Positions 18,500-27,415 of a DNA stretch of 64,000 nt are shown piece after piece; the stretch's first letter is position 1; the number at the start of each line of letters is the position of its first letter. The DNA comes from Clostridia bacterium (GTDB lineage Bacteria > Bacillota > Clostridia > Christensenellales > UBA1242), in assembly GCA_017453125.1 (NCBI GenBank), contig JAFTKS010000007.1:28361-92360 (forward strand). The letters are read 5' to 3'. The translations under genes were made by a program, and so were the position numbers. The notes beneath the pieces were generated by a model that searched no databases, was not told where the DNA came from, and saw nothing but the letters and a program-made list of their open reading frames with translations.

Positions 18500-18610
18500 T
18501 TAGTGTATTTATGTGTGTGATTGGTATACTATGCAATGTGGGGAAAAGTATGGGAAATAGCTGATAAATTAAGAGAAGTATTCAAGTTAAATAAAAATAA
18601 AGAGAATGAA
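18500..18610 (+). pseudogene. Displaced, decayed copy of the ftsW 3' end
   Basis: Aligns with 15731-15860. It has a 31-bp identical core, an in-frame stop upstream, and a 1-nt insertion downstream. After correcting the frame it reads EIADKLREVFKLNKNKEN, against ENVEEFKKSKFELNFLKNKNKAK in the live gene. Confidence 0.7.
18520..18550 (+). repeat. Right copy of the 31-bp direct repeat
   Basis: Identical to 15751-15781. Confidence 0.95.
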
Positions 18611-18791
18611 TATATATTATGTAATATTGTTAATCGCAACTGGTGTGATTAACATCATACAGACAATAACTTGTCTATTAAAATAGTGAAGTTGTTGTTT
18701 TTGTTTTGATTGTGCAGGCATTCATGACTCGCAACTTCCTTTATTATAAAACACATACAAATCGATATGTGTTTTTTTTGTTTTATGGGTA

Positions 18792-18820
18792 TTGAAATTG
18801 GTTTTTGATTGTGGTATAAT
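18792..18820 (+). promoter_or_regulatory. Sigma-A-type promoter
   Basis: TTGAAA, a 17-nt spacer, then TATAAT with an upstream TG (extended -10), 30 nt before ATG 18851. Confidence 0.6.
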
Positions 18821-18850
18821 GTTTTTACAAATTTATATTGGTGGGTATAT

Positions 18851-19759
18851 ATGGGGATTTTTGAATTTTTAAAAAAGAAACAAGATAAATCAAATGAAAT
18901 GGATTTTGCAGATAATCCAAAGCCAGAAATCGAACAAAAAGAAGAGTTTGTTGCGGATTTAGGTTTTGTTGATTTGCAAGGTGCTGATTGGGCTAATTTT
19001 GCGGTAAAACTAAAAAAAGAAGGGGTTTTATCTAATTCGTACGATAAGAAATCGATGTTCGTTGAATATTCTTTAGATAAGGATAACTGTCCGATAGTAG
19101 AATTAACATTTAAGTCAAAAACTTCAGATAGCATAAGACGAGTTAAATTAATGAAAGATAGGGCATTTCTTTTTGTTAATGGTGCAATTGAGGCATTTCC
19201 AGAAACACAAAGGAATATTATTTTGAATAAATTATGGAAAGATTTTCAAAATGTAATTCGTTATGATAGTATGTTGGAGACTAATCGAGAAGGGATTTCT
19301 CATGCTCGTAATGGAGCAAGGCTAATGATCAAAGCTCAAAAAATGATGCGTATGAAAAATATTTATGCTAGAGAGCAAGATTTTTTAGAAAAAAATAAAG
19401 ACGCTAAATTTGATGAGTTTTGTTATTCGCCCTTATTTGAAAAAGATGAAACTGGATATATTAATTATGCAGGTGAGATGCCAATGTTTATACCATTAAA
19501 AGAAACAGAAGATGGTCATTTTATTTCTGGTAAACCAGTAATACCGTTTAGTCCAAGAACTTTAGAACATTGTATCTTACATATGACAGGTGGTCAAAAA
19601 GTCGAAGATGGAGAATTTCTTGATGGTTTTGAAAAAAAGTGTAGAAAGATTCAAGAGTATTCATGCTATGAGTCAGATGACTGGGATAAGGTAATTGAAT
19701 TTGGCAAAGATATTGTTAGAAGGCAATACCAGGCGTCAGAGATAACGAATGAAAGATAA
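18851..19759 (+). CDS. Hypothetical protein (302 aa)
   Basis: Start moved to ATG 18851 (GGTGGG RBS). No recognisable motif. Confidence 0.5.
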   Translation: MGIFEFLKKKQDKSNEMDFADNPKPEIEQKEEFVADLGFVDLQGADWANFAVKLKKEGVLSNSYDKKSMFVEYSLDKDNCPIVELTFKSKTSDSIRRVKLMKDRAFLFVNGAIEAFPETQRNIILNKLWKDFQNVIRYDSMLETNREGISHARNGARLMIKAQKMMRMKNIYAREQDFLEKNKDAKFDEFCYSPLFEKDETGYINYAGEMPMFIPLKETEDGHFISGKPVIPFSPRTLEHCILHMTGGQKVEDGEFLDGFEKKCRKIQEYSCYESDDWDKVIEFGKDIVRRQYQASEITNER

Positions 19760-19764
19760 TAAAT

Positions 19765-19791
19765 GAGAGCAATAAATTTGCTCTTTTTTTT
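19765..19791 (+). terminator. Rho-independent terminator (AGAGCAA/TTGCTCT stem)
   Basis: AGAGCAA-TAAAT-TTGCTCT followed by T8. A near-identical module occurs at 20606-20629. Confidence 0.75.
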
Positions 19792-20165
19792 AGAAACTTG
19801 ATAGGATTTTTTTGTATAAAGAATCTAATCGTTGCATTATTACTAATGTAAATTCGTTTGGTATTTTTTTAACTCAAGAAAATTAAGCATAAGGTATTTG
19901 ATTTTGTTCGTATTAATAGTTTAATCTGCCTGAAGTGTAATTACAATAATTGCTTTTCGTTTGCTCAAAAGCTTAGATTGGTATTTTGCGTTGAAAAAAA
20001 TGATGTGGTTAATGCCAATCAAGATGAGTGATAAAGATTTATGAATTGACTCATAAAAAAAGATTTTTGTTACTTTATCAAAGATATGTTGATTTGAAAT
20101 TTATTCGTTTAATTAGTATGTGTTTTTATGGTTTTATGTTATATTAAATAAAGGAGGGTAGAATT

Positions 20166-20615
20166 GTGATTGAATACACTTTGAGAAAATATCAAGATGA
20201 AGATTATGAATTTGTTTATGAAATTAAAAAAATATGCTATAAAAAATATGTAGACGAGTATTATGGTGGTTGGGATGAAGATAAACAAAGAGAAATGTTT
20301 GCTGATTTAATGAAAGAAGATTCCAAACATTCTTATGTGATAATTGCAGATAATAAAAAGATTGGTTTTTTTAGTGAGGGAGAAGATACTGAGGAAGTAT
20401 ATCGTCCTAACAATTTGTGTTTGTTGCCAGAATATAGGGGTAAAGGAATTGGTTCGAATATATTAAATAAAGCTTTTGATAAGCATAAAGAGCAGGATAT
20501 TTATTTAAAAGTCTTTAAATCTAATCCTGCTAAGAACTTATATCAAAGATTGGGTTTTGATATATGTGATGAGACAAAATCTCATTATTTAATGGTAAGA
20601 AAAAAAGAGCAATAA
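20166..20615 (+). CDS. GNAT-family N-acetyltransferase
   Basis: Acetyl-CoA-binding motif LLPEYRGKGIGSNILNKAF and the size typical of the family. GTG start after AAAGGAGGG. Confidence 0.75.
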   Translation: MIEYTLRKYQDEDYEFVYEIKKICYKKYVDEYYGGWDEDKQREMFADLMKEDSKHSYVIIADNKKIGFFSEGEDTEEVYRPNNLCLLPEYRGKGIGSNILNKAFDKHKEQDIYLKVFKSNPAKNLYQRLGFDICDETKSHYLMVRKKEQ

Positions 20616-20629
20616 GGTTGCTCTTTTTT
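20606..20629 (+). terminator. Rho-independent terminator (same stem as 19765-19791)
   Basis: AGAGCAA-TAAGG-TTGCTCT followed by T6. The stop codon lies inside the hairpin. Confidence 0.75.
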
Positions 20630-20899
20630 GTTAGTTGATAACAAACCGAATGATTTTTTGGTTTGTTATTTTTTTGTGTCGAGTTATTTGAATTTATTTC
20701 TATTTTGGGGTTATTATAATAAGATAATACTTTTTGTCTCTTTATGGGGCAGAAAGTATTTTTTATTTGATATGTTTGACAAGAATTTTTTGATATGATA
20801 ATCTTAAATTGATAAAAGCATTTATAAAGTAAATGGTAAAAATAAATTTGTGTTTTCAAATTTAACTATAATGTATTGTCTTAAAAGGAGTTTTCGTTG

Positions 20900-21487
20900 A
20901 TGGATGAAGATCAAAATATAACTCAACAAGAAAGTCAGGTAGCGGAGCAGAAAGAAGAAAATGTTATTATTTCTGAAAGTGTGCAAACTGGAGAGTCTGA
21001 AGACGTGAATAGTGTCGCTAACGACATAGTTTACGAGGGGGATTCTCGCAATGAAACTGCTGTTATGCCAGCTAAGTATTTTTTTGGTATGAATATGGAA
21101 AGGCTTGGTATTATATGTAGTAATCTAACTATTGTTCTTATGTCTTTAATTTTATTTGGTTTTTTGGGAATGATTTTGTATCCATTCTTGATTGTTTTCA
21201 ATCTTATAATTGCCATAGGTTTGGTTATTTTAACTCTTGGTACAATTTTGTTGTCTTATAAATTTGAGAGTTTATTGTTGTTTAAAGGTGATGCGCTGAA
21301 TAAGTATGGTGACATTTTTTGGGGGAGTTTTAATATAATTGCAGGTGTAGCTGTTGCCCTTGCTGTGATTTCGGTGATAATGTTTTGCTTGAGTAAAAAT
21401 AAAGGTTTCACAAGTAGAATTATTTTGAATATTATATTCGGCATAATTGCATTGTTTGTTTTTGTTATAGGATTCTTTAAGGTATAA
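20900..21487 (+). CDS. Integral membrane protein, unknown function
   Basis: Acidic N-terminal ~60 aa followed by about four hydrophobic helices. AGGAG RBS. Confidence 0.55.
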   Translation: MDEDQNITQQESQVAEQKEENVIISESVQTGESEDVNSVANDIVYEGDSRNETAVMPAKYFFGMNMERLGIICSNLTIVLMSLILFGFLGMILYPFLIVFNLIIAIGLVILTLGTILLSYKFESLLLFKGDALNKYGDIFWGSFNIIAGVAVALAVISVIMFCLSKNKGFTSRIILNIIFGIIALFVFVIGFFKV

Positions 21488-21503
21488 AGGGGAGGCGTAA
21501 AGA

Positions 21504-21998
21504 ATGAAATCTATTAATTTTAAATTAAATAAAAAGCTTCGTCCTTATACTGAAATTTATCTTGATGGCAAATTGGTAAAACCGCAAAAGAAAAGCAAAA
21601 AAGAATATATAATTAGTCATTCAACGGAAAAAGATGTGTGTCAGTTAGAGATTGTTAGTTTCTCCAGGTTTAATAGTAAATTGTGGTTTTTGATGGAAAT
21701 ATTTTACTTTTTGATAAGTATTTTCGGAATATTTGATCAAAGGTTTGAGAAGTTTTGTTATACAACACATTGCAAAGTCAACTTTAAATTGAGGGAAGAA
21801 AACAATGTTTTGTTGAGGGTTGTTCAGCCAAGAAATAATTGTGAGGCTGTTAAGGTTGAGACAGATATTGAATATCAAGCGGTTGAAAACATTTGCTTAA
21901 TTGATCAGAAAGCCAAGAAAAAACAAAAGTTCTTGAAGTTTGCAAAAATTGCCGTTGTTGTGATAATTGTTGCTGTTTTAGTAGTAAGTTTTATTTGA
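21504..21998 (+). CDS. Membrane-associated hypothetical protein
   Basis: Central hydrophobic stretch LWFLMEIFYFLISIFGIF and C-terminal TM IAVVVIIVAVLVVSFI. GGGGAGG RBS. Tightly spaced with its neighbours. Confidence 0.5.
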   Translation: MKSINFKLNKKLRPYTEIYLDGKLVKPQKKSKKEYIISHSTEKDVCQLEIVSFSRFNSKLWFLMEIFYFLISIFGIFDQRFEKFCYTTHCKVNFKLREENNVLLRVVQPRNNCEAVKVETDIEYQAVENICLIDQKAKKKQKFLKFAKIAVVVIIVAVLVVSFI

Positions 21999-22011
21999 TT
22001 AGGAGGAATTT

Positions 22012-22506
22012 ATGAGATTATTGGTTGAAAATAAATTAATTTCCATTGGTGGTGGGTCGGTTGTTAAAGATGAAGAAGGGCAGGTCGTTTATACGATAAA
22101 GGGAAAGTGGCTTAGTCCTACAAAGAAAAAAATTATAAAGGATGCTCAAGGTAATAAATTGTTTGTTGTTAGAAACAAATGGTTTAATTTTCTTCATCAT
22201 ACAGCATATATTTTTAATGCTGAAGGAGAATCAGTCGGTCAAATAAGAAAAAACAAGTATAGTATTACAAATAGCTTTGGTGCAGAGAATTTCTCTGAAG
22301 ACTATAAAATACTAGGTAAGTTTTTTAGTAGAAAACTAGATATAAGCAGAAATGATAAAGAATATGCTGTTCTTACTATGGAATGGTCGTGGTTCGTTGA
22401 TAAATATTCTATAGAAACCAATGCTGTGGAAGATATGCCTTTGCTTGTGGCAATGGTCATCGCTATAGATAATGTTAAAGATAAGAGATTGAATCAGGAA
22501 AGTTAG
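22012..22506 (+). CDS. LURP-one-related / DUF567 (YxjI-like, tubby/scramblase-fold) protein
   Basis: N-terminal pattern LLVENKLISIGGGSVVKDEEGQVVYTIKGKWLSPTKKKIIKDAQGNKLFVVRNKWFNF and a ~160-aa size typical of DUF567. Confidence 0.6.
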   Translation: MRLLVENKLISIGGGSVVKDEEGQVVYTIKGKWLSPTKKKIIKDAQGNKLFVVRNKWFNFLHHTAYIFNAEGESVGQIRKNKYSITNSFGAENFSEDYKILGKFFSRKLDISRNDKEYAVLTMEWSWFVDKYSIETNAVEDMPLLVAMVIAIDNVKDKRLNQES

Positions 22507-22692
22507 TGTTTTTCCAATCACTATATTTTGTAATTTTGCATATAAATATAAGTAATCATTTTGTATAGATGTGCTTGTGTTTATATGCTTTTTTGTTTGC
22601 ATACACATCTTATATAAAAAATCCATACTATGGAGTAGAGCGATTAATTGCTCGAAAATCTTAAGAAAAAAAATAACCATAAAGGTGATTGT

Positions 22693-23949
22693 ATGGAGAC
22701 TTTGTACATAAAAGGTGGGCGTGAATTGTATGGCGATCTGGAAGTCGTTACTGCAAAAAACGCATTGCTTCCTATTCTTGCGGGAAGTGTAATACACAAT
22801 GGCAAGATTGTAATAGAAAAAATAGCCAGATTTTCTGATGTGATGTTTATGGTAAAAATTCTTGAAAGTCTTGGGTGTAATGTGGTGTTTCAAGGCGATT
22901 CTCTTGTAATAGATGCATCGGGGGCTAGCAATTTTTTGGTTAAAGATGAATTTACAAAAAAAGTGCGTTCTAGTGTTTTTATGTTAGGTCCTTTGCTTTC
23001 GAGGTTTAAACGTGCTAGGGTTGCTTATCCTGGAGGTTGTAACATTGGGAATAGGCCAATAGATTTGCATATTAAAGGGTTAAAAGCACTTAATGTTAAA
23101 ATTGAAGAAAAACACGGATACATAAATTGTGATGGACGAGATATGATTGCGGGAGAGGTGCATTTGGATTTCCCGTCAGTAGGAGCAACAGAAAACGTTA
23201 TGATGGCAAGTGTTCTTTTAAAGGGAACAACGATTATATATAATTCAGCACGAGAACCTGAAATTGAAGATTTGCAAAATTTTTTAAATAGTTTAGGTGC
23301 ACGTGTGTATGGTGCGGGAAGTAGTACAATTGTAATTGAAGGAGTGGAAAAATTACACGATTCGCAGTATTGTCCTATAAAAGACAGGATTGTTGCGGGA
23401 TCATATTTGATTGCTTGTGCTATGTGTGGTGGTAATATTCGATTAAACGGTGCTAGAAAAGAGCATAATCACGCACTTATTGGAAAGTTGGTTCAGTCTG
23501 GAGCAACTATAAAGTGTGATAAAAACTCTATTGAAATAGGAGTAAAAGGAAAGTTGCATAGTATTCCAACAATTGAGACTCAGCCATATCCAGGATTTCC
23601 AACTGACCTTCAGAACCAAATTCTCGCAATGCAGACAATATCTAAGGGTACTAGCGTTGTTATAGAAAATTTATACGAAAGTAGATTTAAAATTTGTAGT
23701 GAACTTGTAAGAATGGGTGCTGATATTACAATTAAAGATAGAATGGCGATTGTGAAAGGTGTTGGACGATTATATGGAGCGAGTGTCGTTGCATCTGATT
23801 TGCGAGGTGGGGCTGGTTTGGTTTTGGCTGGCCTTACTGCTGAGGGATATACCACAGTCGAAGATATATACCATATTGATAGAGGATATCTGTCAATTGA
23901 AGAGGATTTATGTAAATTGAATGCAGAAATTAAAAGATGTAATAAATAG
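22693..23949 (+). CDS. murA: UDP-N-acetylglucosamine 1-carboxyvinyltransferase MurA
   Basis: METLYIKGGRELYGDLEVVTAKNALLPILA N-terminus. Active-site Cys in YPGGCNIGNRPIDLH. Start moved to ATG 22693 (AAAGGTGA RBS). Confidence 0.93.
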   Translation: METLYIKGGRELYGDLEVVTAKNALLPILAGSVIHNGKIVIEKIARFSDVMFMVKILESLGCNVVFQGDSLVIDASGASNFLVKDEFTKKVRSSVFMLGPLLSRFKRARVAYPGGCNIGNRPIDLHIKGLKALNVKIEEKHGYINCDGRDMIAGEVHLDFPSVGATENVMMASVLLKGTTIIYNSAREPEIEDLQNFLNSLGARVYGAGSSTIVIEGVEKLHDSQYCPIKDRIVAGSYLIACAMCGGNIRLNGARKEHNHALIGKLVQSGATIKCDKNSIEIGVKGKLHSIPTIETQPYPGFPTDLQNQILAMQTISKGTSVVIENLYESRFKICSELVRMGADITIKDRMAIVKGVGRLYGASVVASDLRGGAGLVLAGLTAEGYTTVEDIYHIDRGYLSIEEDLCKLNAEIKRCNK

Positions 23950-23995
23950 TTTCTATAAATTTGTTGTGTAAAAAATCTTAATTTGATAAAATAAG

Positions 23996-24027
23996 TGTAG
24001 ACAAATCGAGGTCTACATTTATTTTTT
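23996..24027 (+). terminator. Rho-independent terminator after murA
   Basis: TGTAGAC (23996-24002) pairs with GTCTACA (24011-24017), followed by a T-rich run. Confidence 0.75.
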
Positions 24028-24035
24028 GAGGAGCA

Positions 24036-24869
24036 TTGATTTTTTCGATGAAGAATAAAAGACTAATAGTTTTGCTTAGTGTATTGGCTTTTATTACAGT
24101 GCTGGTTGTTATAAACAGTACTCTTTTTACTTTGCAAAATATTAGTATTAATTGGCTTACTACGAAAAGTGAATTGCAAAAATTTAAAGATTATGATTTG
24201 GTTGGTGATATCCATAAAGGTCAAAGTATATTTCTTTTGGATAAAAGTGAGATGTCTGCCAATCTAGAAAAAGAATTCCCTTATCTCAATGTTGTAAGTA
24301 TAGAGACAAAGTTTCCTAATAAAATAGTTGTGCATAGTGCTGAGAGGGAGAGTTTGTATGCGGTATGTTTGTCTTCGGACACATATGCCATACTTGATGA
24401 AAAAGGCAAGGTTCTTGATAAAATATCTGGAAAAGAATTGAATGCAAATTCGGAAGGTGGTTTGAGACCAAGACCTATAGTTACCAATTTTAGTGGAACT
24501 CTAAACCCTGAAGACTTTGAAGTAGGAGAATTTGTAAAGAGACCCGATATTGGTTCTATGATTAATTCTTTGTCAACTAGTCTTCGTGAGGCGGGTTATA
24601 ATCCTACAACTAGCAAAGGGGTTTTGAGTGCTATTGATATAAATAGTAGTAGTACAGAGTATGATAGTAGTCTAGTAGTTATGAAAACAAGAAGTGGAAT
24701 ATCTTTGTCTGTTTTGAGGTTTGAAGAATTATTGACAGACAAGATTATGCACGCATTCTATCAGTATAATCAATTGCATAATCAGGGCGCGGTAGATTGT
24801 GAAATTATTGTTTGGTACAATTCTGGACCAAATCTTATTGAGTCGGATATAAAATGGAATCTTAGTTAG
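24036..24869 (+). CDS. ftsQ: FtsQ/DivIB-like cell-division protein
   Basis: N-terminal TM (LIVLLSVLAFITVLVVI) and a POTRA-like region (NISINWLT...). Conserved position before ftsA-ftsZ. The start is uncertain (TTG 24036 or ATG 24048). Confidence 0.6.
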   Translation: MIFSMKNKRLIVLLSVLAFITVLVVINSTLFTLQNISINWLTTKSELQKFKDYDLVGDIHKGQSIFLLDKSEMSANLEKEFPYLNVVSIETKFPNKIVVHSAERESLYAVCLSSDTYAILDEKGKVLDKISGKELNANSEGGLRPRPIVTNFSGTLNPEDFEVGEFVKRPDIGSMINSLSTSLREAGYNPTTSKGVLSAIDINSSSTEYDSSLVVMKTRSGISLSVLRFEELLTDKIMHAFYQYNQLHNQGAVDCEIIVWYNSGPNLIESDIKWNLS

Positions 24870-24990
24870 TCTAAGATTTTTTTCCTGAAAAGTATTTCAA
24901 TAATTAATGTTATTATAATTTGACAATATTTTTTTTAAATAATATACTAATTTTAGGAAAAATGTGAAAATTTCAAACTAAAGGTGGCAG

Positions 24991-26103
24991 ATGATAAAAA
25001 ATTTAACCTCGATTCTTGATTTTGGTTCGTCGAGAATTACTGTACTTTCTGGTGTGGGTGATGTAAATAATTCATTTAATTTACTAGCGAGTGTGGAAAT
25101 TGAATATGAAGGGTTTTCGAGAGGAGAGTTTCTAGACTCGAATAATTTGCAAGTGTCCATTGCTGATGTTATCAAAAGAGCAGAGGAAGAACTTCAGAGC
25201 AAGATTAATAATTTGTACATTGGTGTTCCTGCAGAGTTTTGTTTTGTATATGACGCAATGCTTACAAAAACTTTTCCAAAAAAGACCAAGATAACAACTA
25301 AAATCGTCGATGGAATGTTTATTGATGATAAGGAAGAGAATCCTTATACGTCGCATTCGGTTATCAATAAAGCACCGTTATTTTTTATAGTTAATGATGA
25401 CAACAAAACCAATAATCCTGTTGGACTGATTGCAAATAAGTTGCAAGCAAGGACTGGTTATGTACTTGTAGAGAATAAGTTTAAATTATTAATTTCTGGA
25501 ATCCTTAAGAATTTGGGGATAAAGCAGTTTGACTTTATTTCTAGTACTTTGGCTGAGTGTGTTGGCTTGATATCTGAACATAAAAGATGCGAAGGTGGGA
25601 TTGTTGTAGATTGTGGACATATAACTACAAGTGTTGCTCAAGTGCTTGGTTCGGGAATTAAGGAATTAAAGAGTTTTTCGCTTGGTGGCGGATATATAAC
25701 TTCTGATATTGCAAAATTTTTGGATATTTCGTTTGAAGATGCTGAGTATCTAAAAAGGCAGGCTATTTTAACACTCAAACCTTCGGGATTGGATTTTTAT
25801 GATACAAAAGATGGTAGGAAGTTTGCTGTAAAAACAGTAAATGAAATTATTTTAAATAGAATTGATAAGATTGTTGAAATGATTAAAAAGTGTCTAGATG
25901 GCTTTGAAATGACTTTGCCTGATTATATACCAATCTGTATAACGGGTGGAGGGCTCAATTATATTGAGGGCATAAAGGATTATTTTAGAAGAGTTCTTGA
26001 TAGAGATGTGGAGCTTGTTGCCCCAAAAATGTTGCTATATAGAAAACCGGATCTATCTAGTTCAATTTGTTTGCTGAATATGGCGATTAATTTGTATAAA
26101 TAG
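24991..26103 (+). CDS. ftsA: FtsA-like actin-fold cell-division protein (short, 370 aa)
   Basis: ILDFGSSRITVL phosphate-1-like motif, VVDCGHITTSVA, ITGGGLNYIEG. Lies immediately upstream of ftsZ. Confidence 0.8.
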   Translation: MIKNLTSILDFGSSRITVLSGVGDVNNSFNLLASVEIEYEGFSRGEFLDSNNLQVSIADVIKRAEEELQSKINNLYIGVPAEFCFVYDAMLTKTFPKKTKITTKIVDGMFIDDKEENPYTSHSVINKAPLFFIVNDDNKTNNPVGLIANKLQARTGYVLVENKFKLLISGILKNLGIKQFDFISSTLAECVGLISEHKRCEGGIVVDCGHITTSVAQVLGSGIKELKSFSLGGGYITSDIAKFLDISFEDAEYLKRQAILTLKPSGLDFYDTKDGRKFAVKTVNEIILNRIDKIVEMIKKCLDGFEMTLPDYIPICITGGGLNYIEGIKDYFRRVLDRDVELVAPKMLLYRKPDLSSSICLLNMAINLYK

Positions 26104-26112
26104 GAGAACGAT

Positions 26113-27297
26113 ATGGAATTTATTGATGATACACAAGATATTATAGAAGAGCATACCCCAATATGCAAAATTAAGGTTATTGGTGTTGGTGGTGGCGGAA
26201 ATAACGCTGTTAATAGAATGATTTATGCAGGAATTACTAGTGCGCAGTTTGTTGCTGTTAATACTGATAAACAAGCACTTCTTATGAGCAAGGCTCCAAG
26301 TAGAATTCAAATTGGAGAAAAGTTGACACGTGGTTTGGGTGCTGGTGCTGATCCAGAAGTTGGTAGAAAAGCAGCTGAGGAAAGCAAAGCATTAATTGAA
26401 GAGGTTTTGAAGGATACAGACCTTGTGTTTGTTACAGCTGGTATGGGTGGTGGAACAGGCACAGGTGCTGCTCCAATTATTGCAAGTGTTGCAAAAGAAA
26501 TGGGAATTCTAACAATTGCAGTTGTTACAAAACCTTTCAGATTTGAGGGCAGAAAGAGAATGGAAAATGCAGAACATGGTATCAAAGAACTTAGAAATGT
26601 TGTAGATACTTTGGTTGTTATTCCTAATGACAAACTTCTTACCATTGTTCCTAAAAACACACCTATTATTGAGGCGTTCAAAACTGCAGATGATGTTTTG
26701 AGACAGGGTATTCAAGGTATTAGTGATTTGATTGTAACTAGTAGTCTTATCAATCTTGACTTTGCTGACGTTAAGGCTATTATGAAGAACAAAGGTCTTG
26801 CTCATATGGGACTAGGTAGAGGAAAGGGAGAGAACAGAACTATTGAGGCTGTTAGACAGGCTGTTTCTAGTCCATTGCTTGAAACTACAATTGAAGGGGC
26901 TACTGGTATAATTCTTAATATCAAGGGTTCTACTAATTTGACTCTAGATGAAGTTTATGAGTCTGCCGACCTTGTAAAAGAAGTTGTTGATCCTTCGTGT
27001 AATATAATATTTGGAAGTGGAATTGATCCAAAGATGGAAGATGAAGTTGAAATTACTGTTATTGCAACAGGTTTTAGTGGAGCGTCTGCCGTTGAGGATA
27101 TGAAACAAGAAGTGAAGAGAAATATTGTGACAAATGTGCATCCTGTTGAGCATGATGAGTCTAGTCAAACTATGGACAAGACAGAACAACAGAAAGAACA
27201 TGATATGCAAGACGAGCAGAATATTCCAACTAGTAGAATTGAAATAGATGATAGTGATATTCCATCATTTATTAAGAAATTGAAAAATAGATTTTAA
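26113..27297 (+). CDS. ftsZ: Cell-division GTPase FtsZ
   Basis: [13 protein letters not shown], tubulin signature [12 protein letters not shown], and C-terminal peptide [10 protein letters not shown]. Confidence 0.98.
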   Translation: MEFIDDTQDIIEEHTPICKIKVIGVGGGGNNAVNRMIYAGITSAQFVAVNTDKQALLMSKAPSRIQIGEKLTRGLGAGADPEVGRKAAEESKALIEEVLKDTDLVFVTAGMGGGTGTGAAPIIASVAKEMGILTIAVVTKPFRFEGRKRMENAEHGIKELRNVVDTLVVIPNDKLLTIVPKNTPIIEAFKTADDVLRQGIQGISDLIVTSSLINLDFADVKAIMKNKGLAHMGLGRGKGENRTIEAVRQAVSSPLLETTIEGATGIILNIKGSTNLTLDEVYESADLVKEVVDPSCNIIFGSGIDPKMEDEVEITVIATGFSGASAVEDMKQEVKRNIVTNVHPVEHDESSQTMDKTEQQKEHDMQDEQNIPTSRIEIDDSDIPSFIKKLKNRF

Positions 27298-27306
27298 GTA
27301 AAAATG

Positions 27307-27341
27307 AGAATTAACATAATATGTGTTAATTCTTTTTTTTT
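27307..27341 (+). terminator. Rho-independent terminator after ftsZ
   Basis: AGAATTAACA (27307-27316) pairs with TGTTAATTCT (27323-27332), followed by T9. Confidence 0.8.
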
Positions 27342-27415
27342 AGCCCATAAAACCATTTGTTAAATTTTTGAAATTTCATCTGTTGCCTGTATTATATTTA
27401 TACATAGAGGGTGAT

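Larger units (their letters stand above)
15782..18550 (+). mobile_element. About 2.77-kb att-flanked islet inserted at the ftsW 3' end (decayed integrative / CIME-like element, no recombinase)
   Basis: Bounded by the 31-bp direct repeats. It supplies a new ftsW 3' end and terminator, and carries xre (-), an operator-controlled promoter, a lipoprotein gene and a 155-aa ORF. The displaced ftsW end at the right border is frameshifted. Confidence 0.45.
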
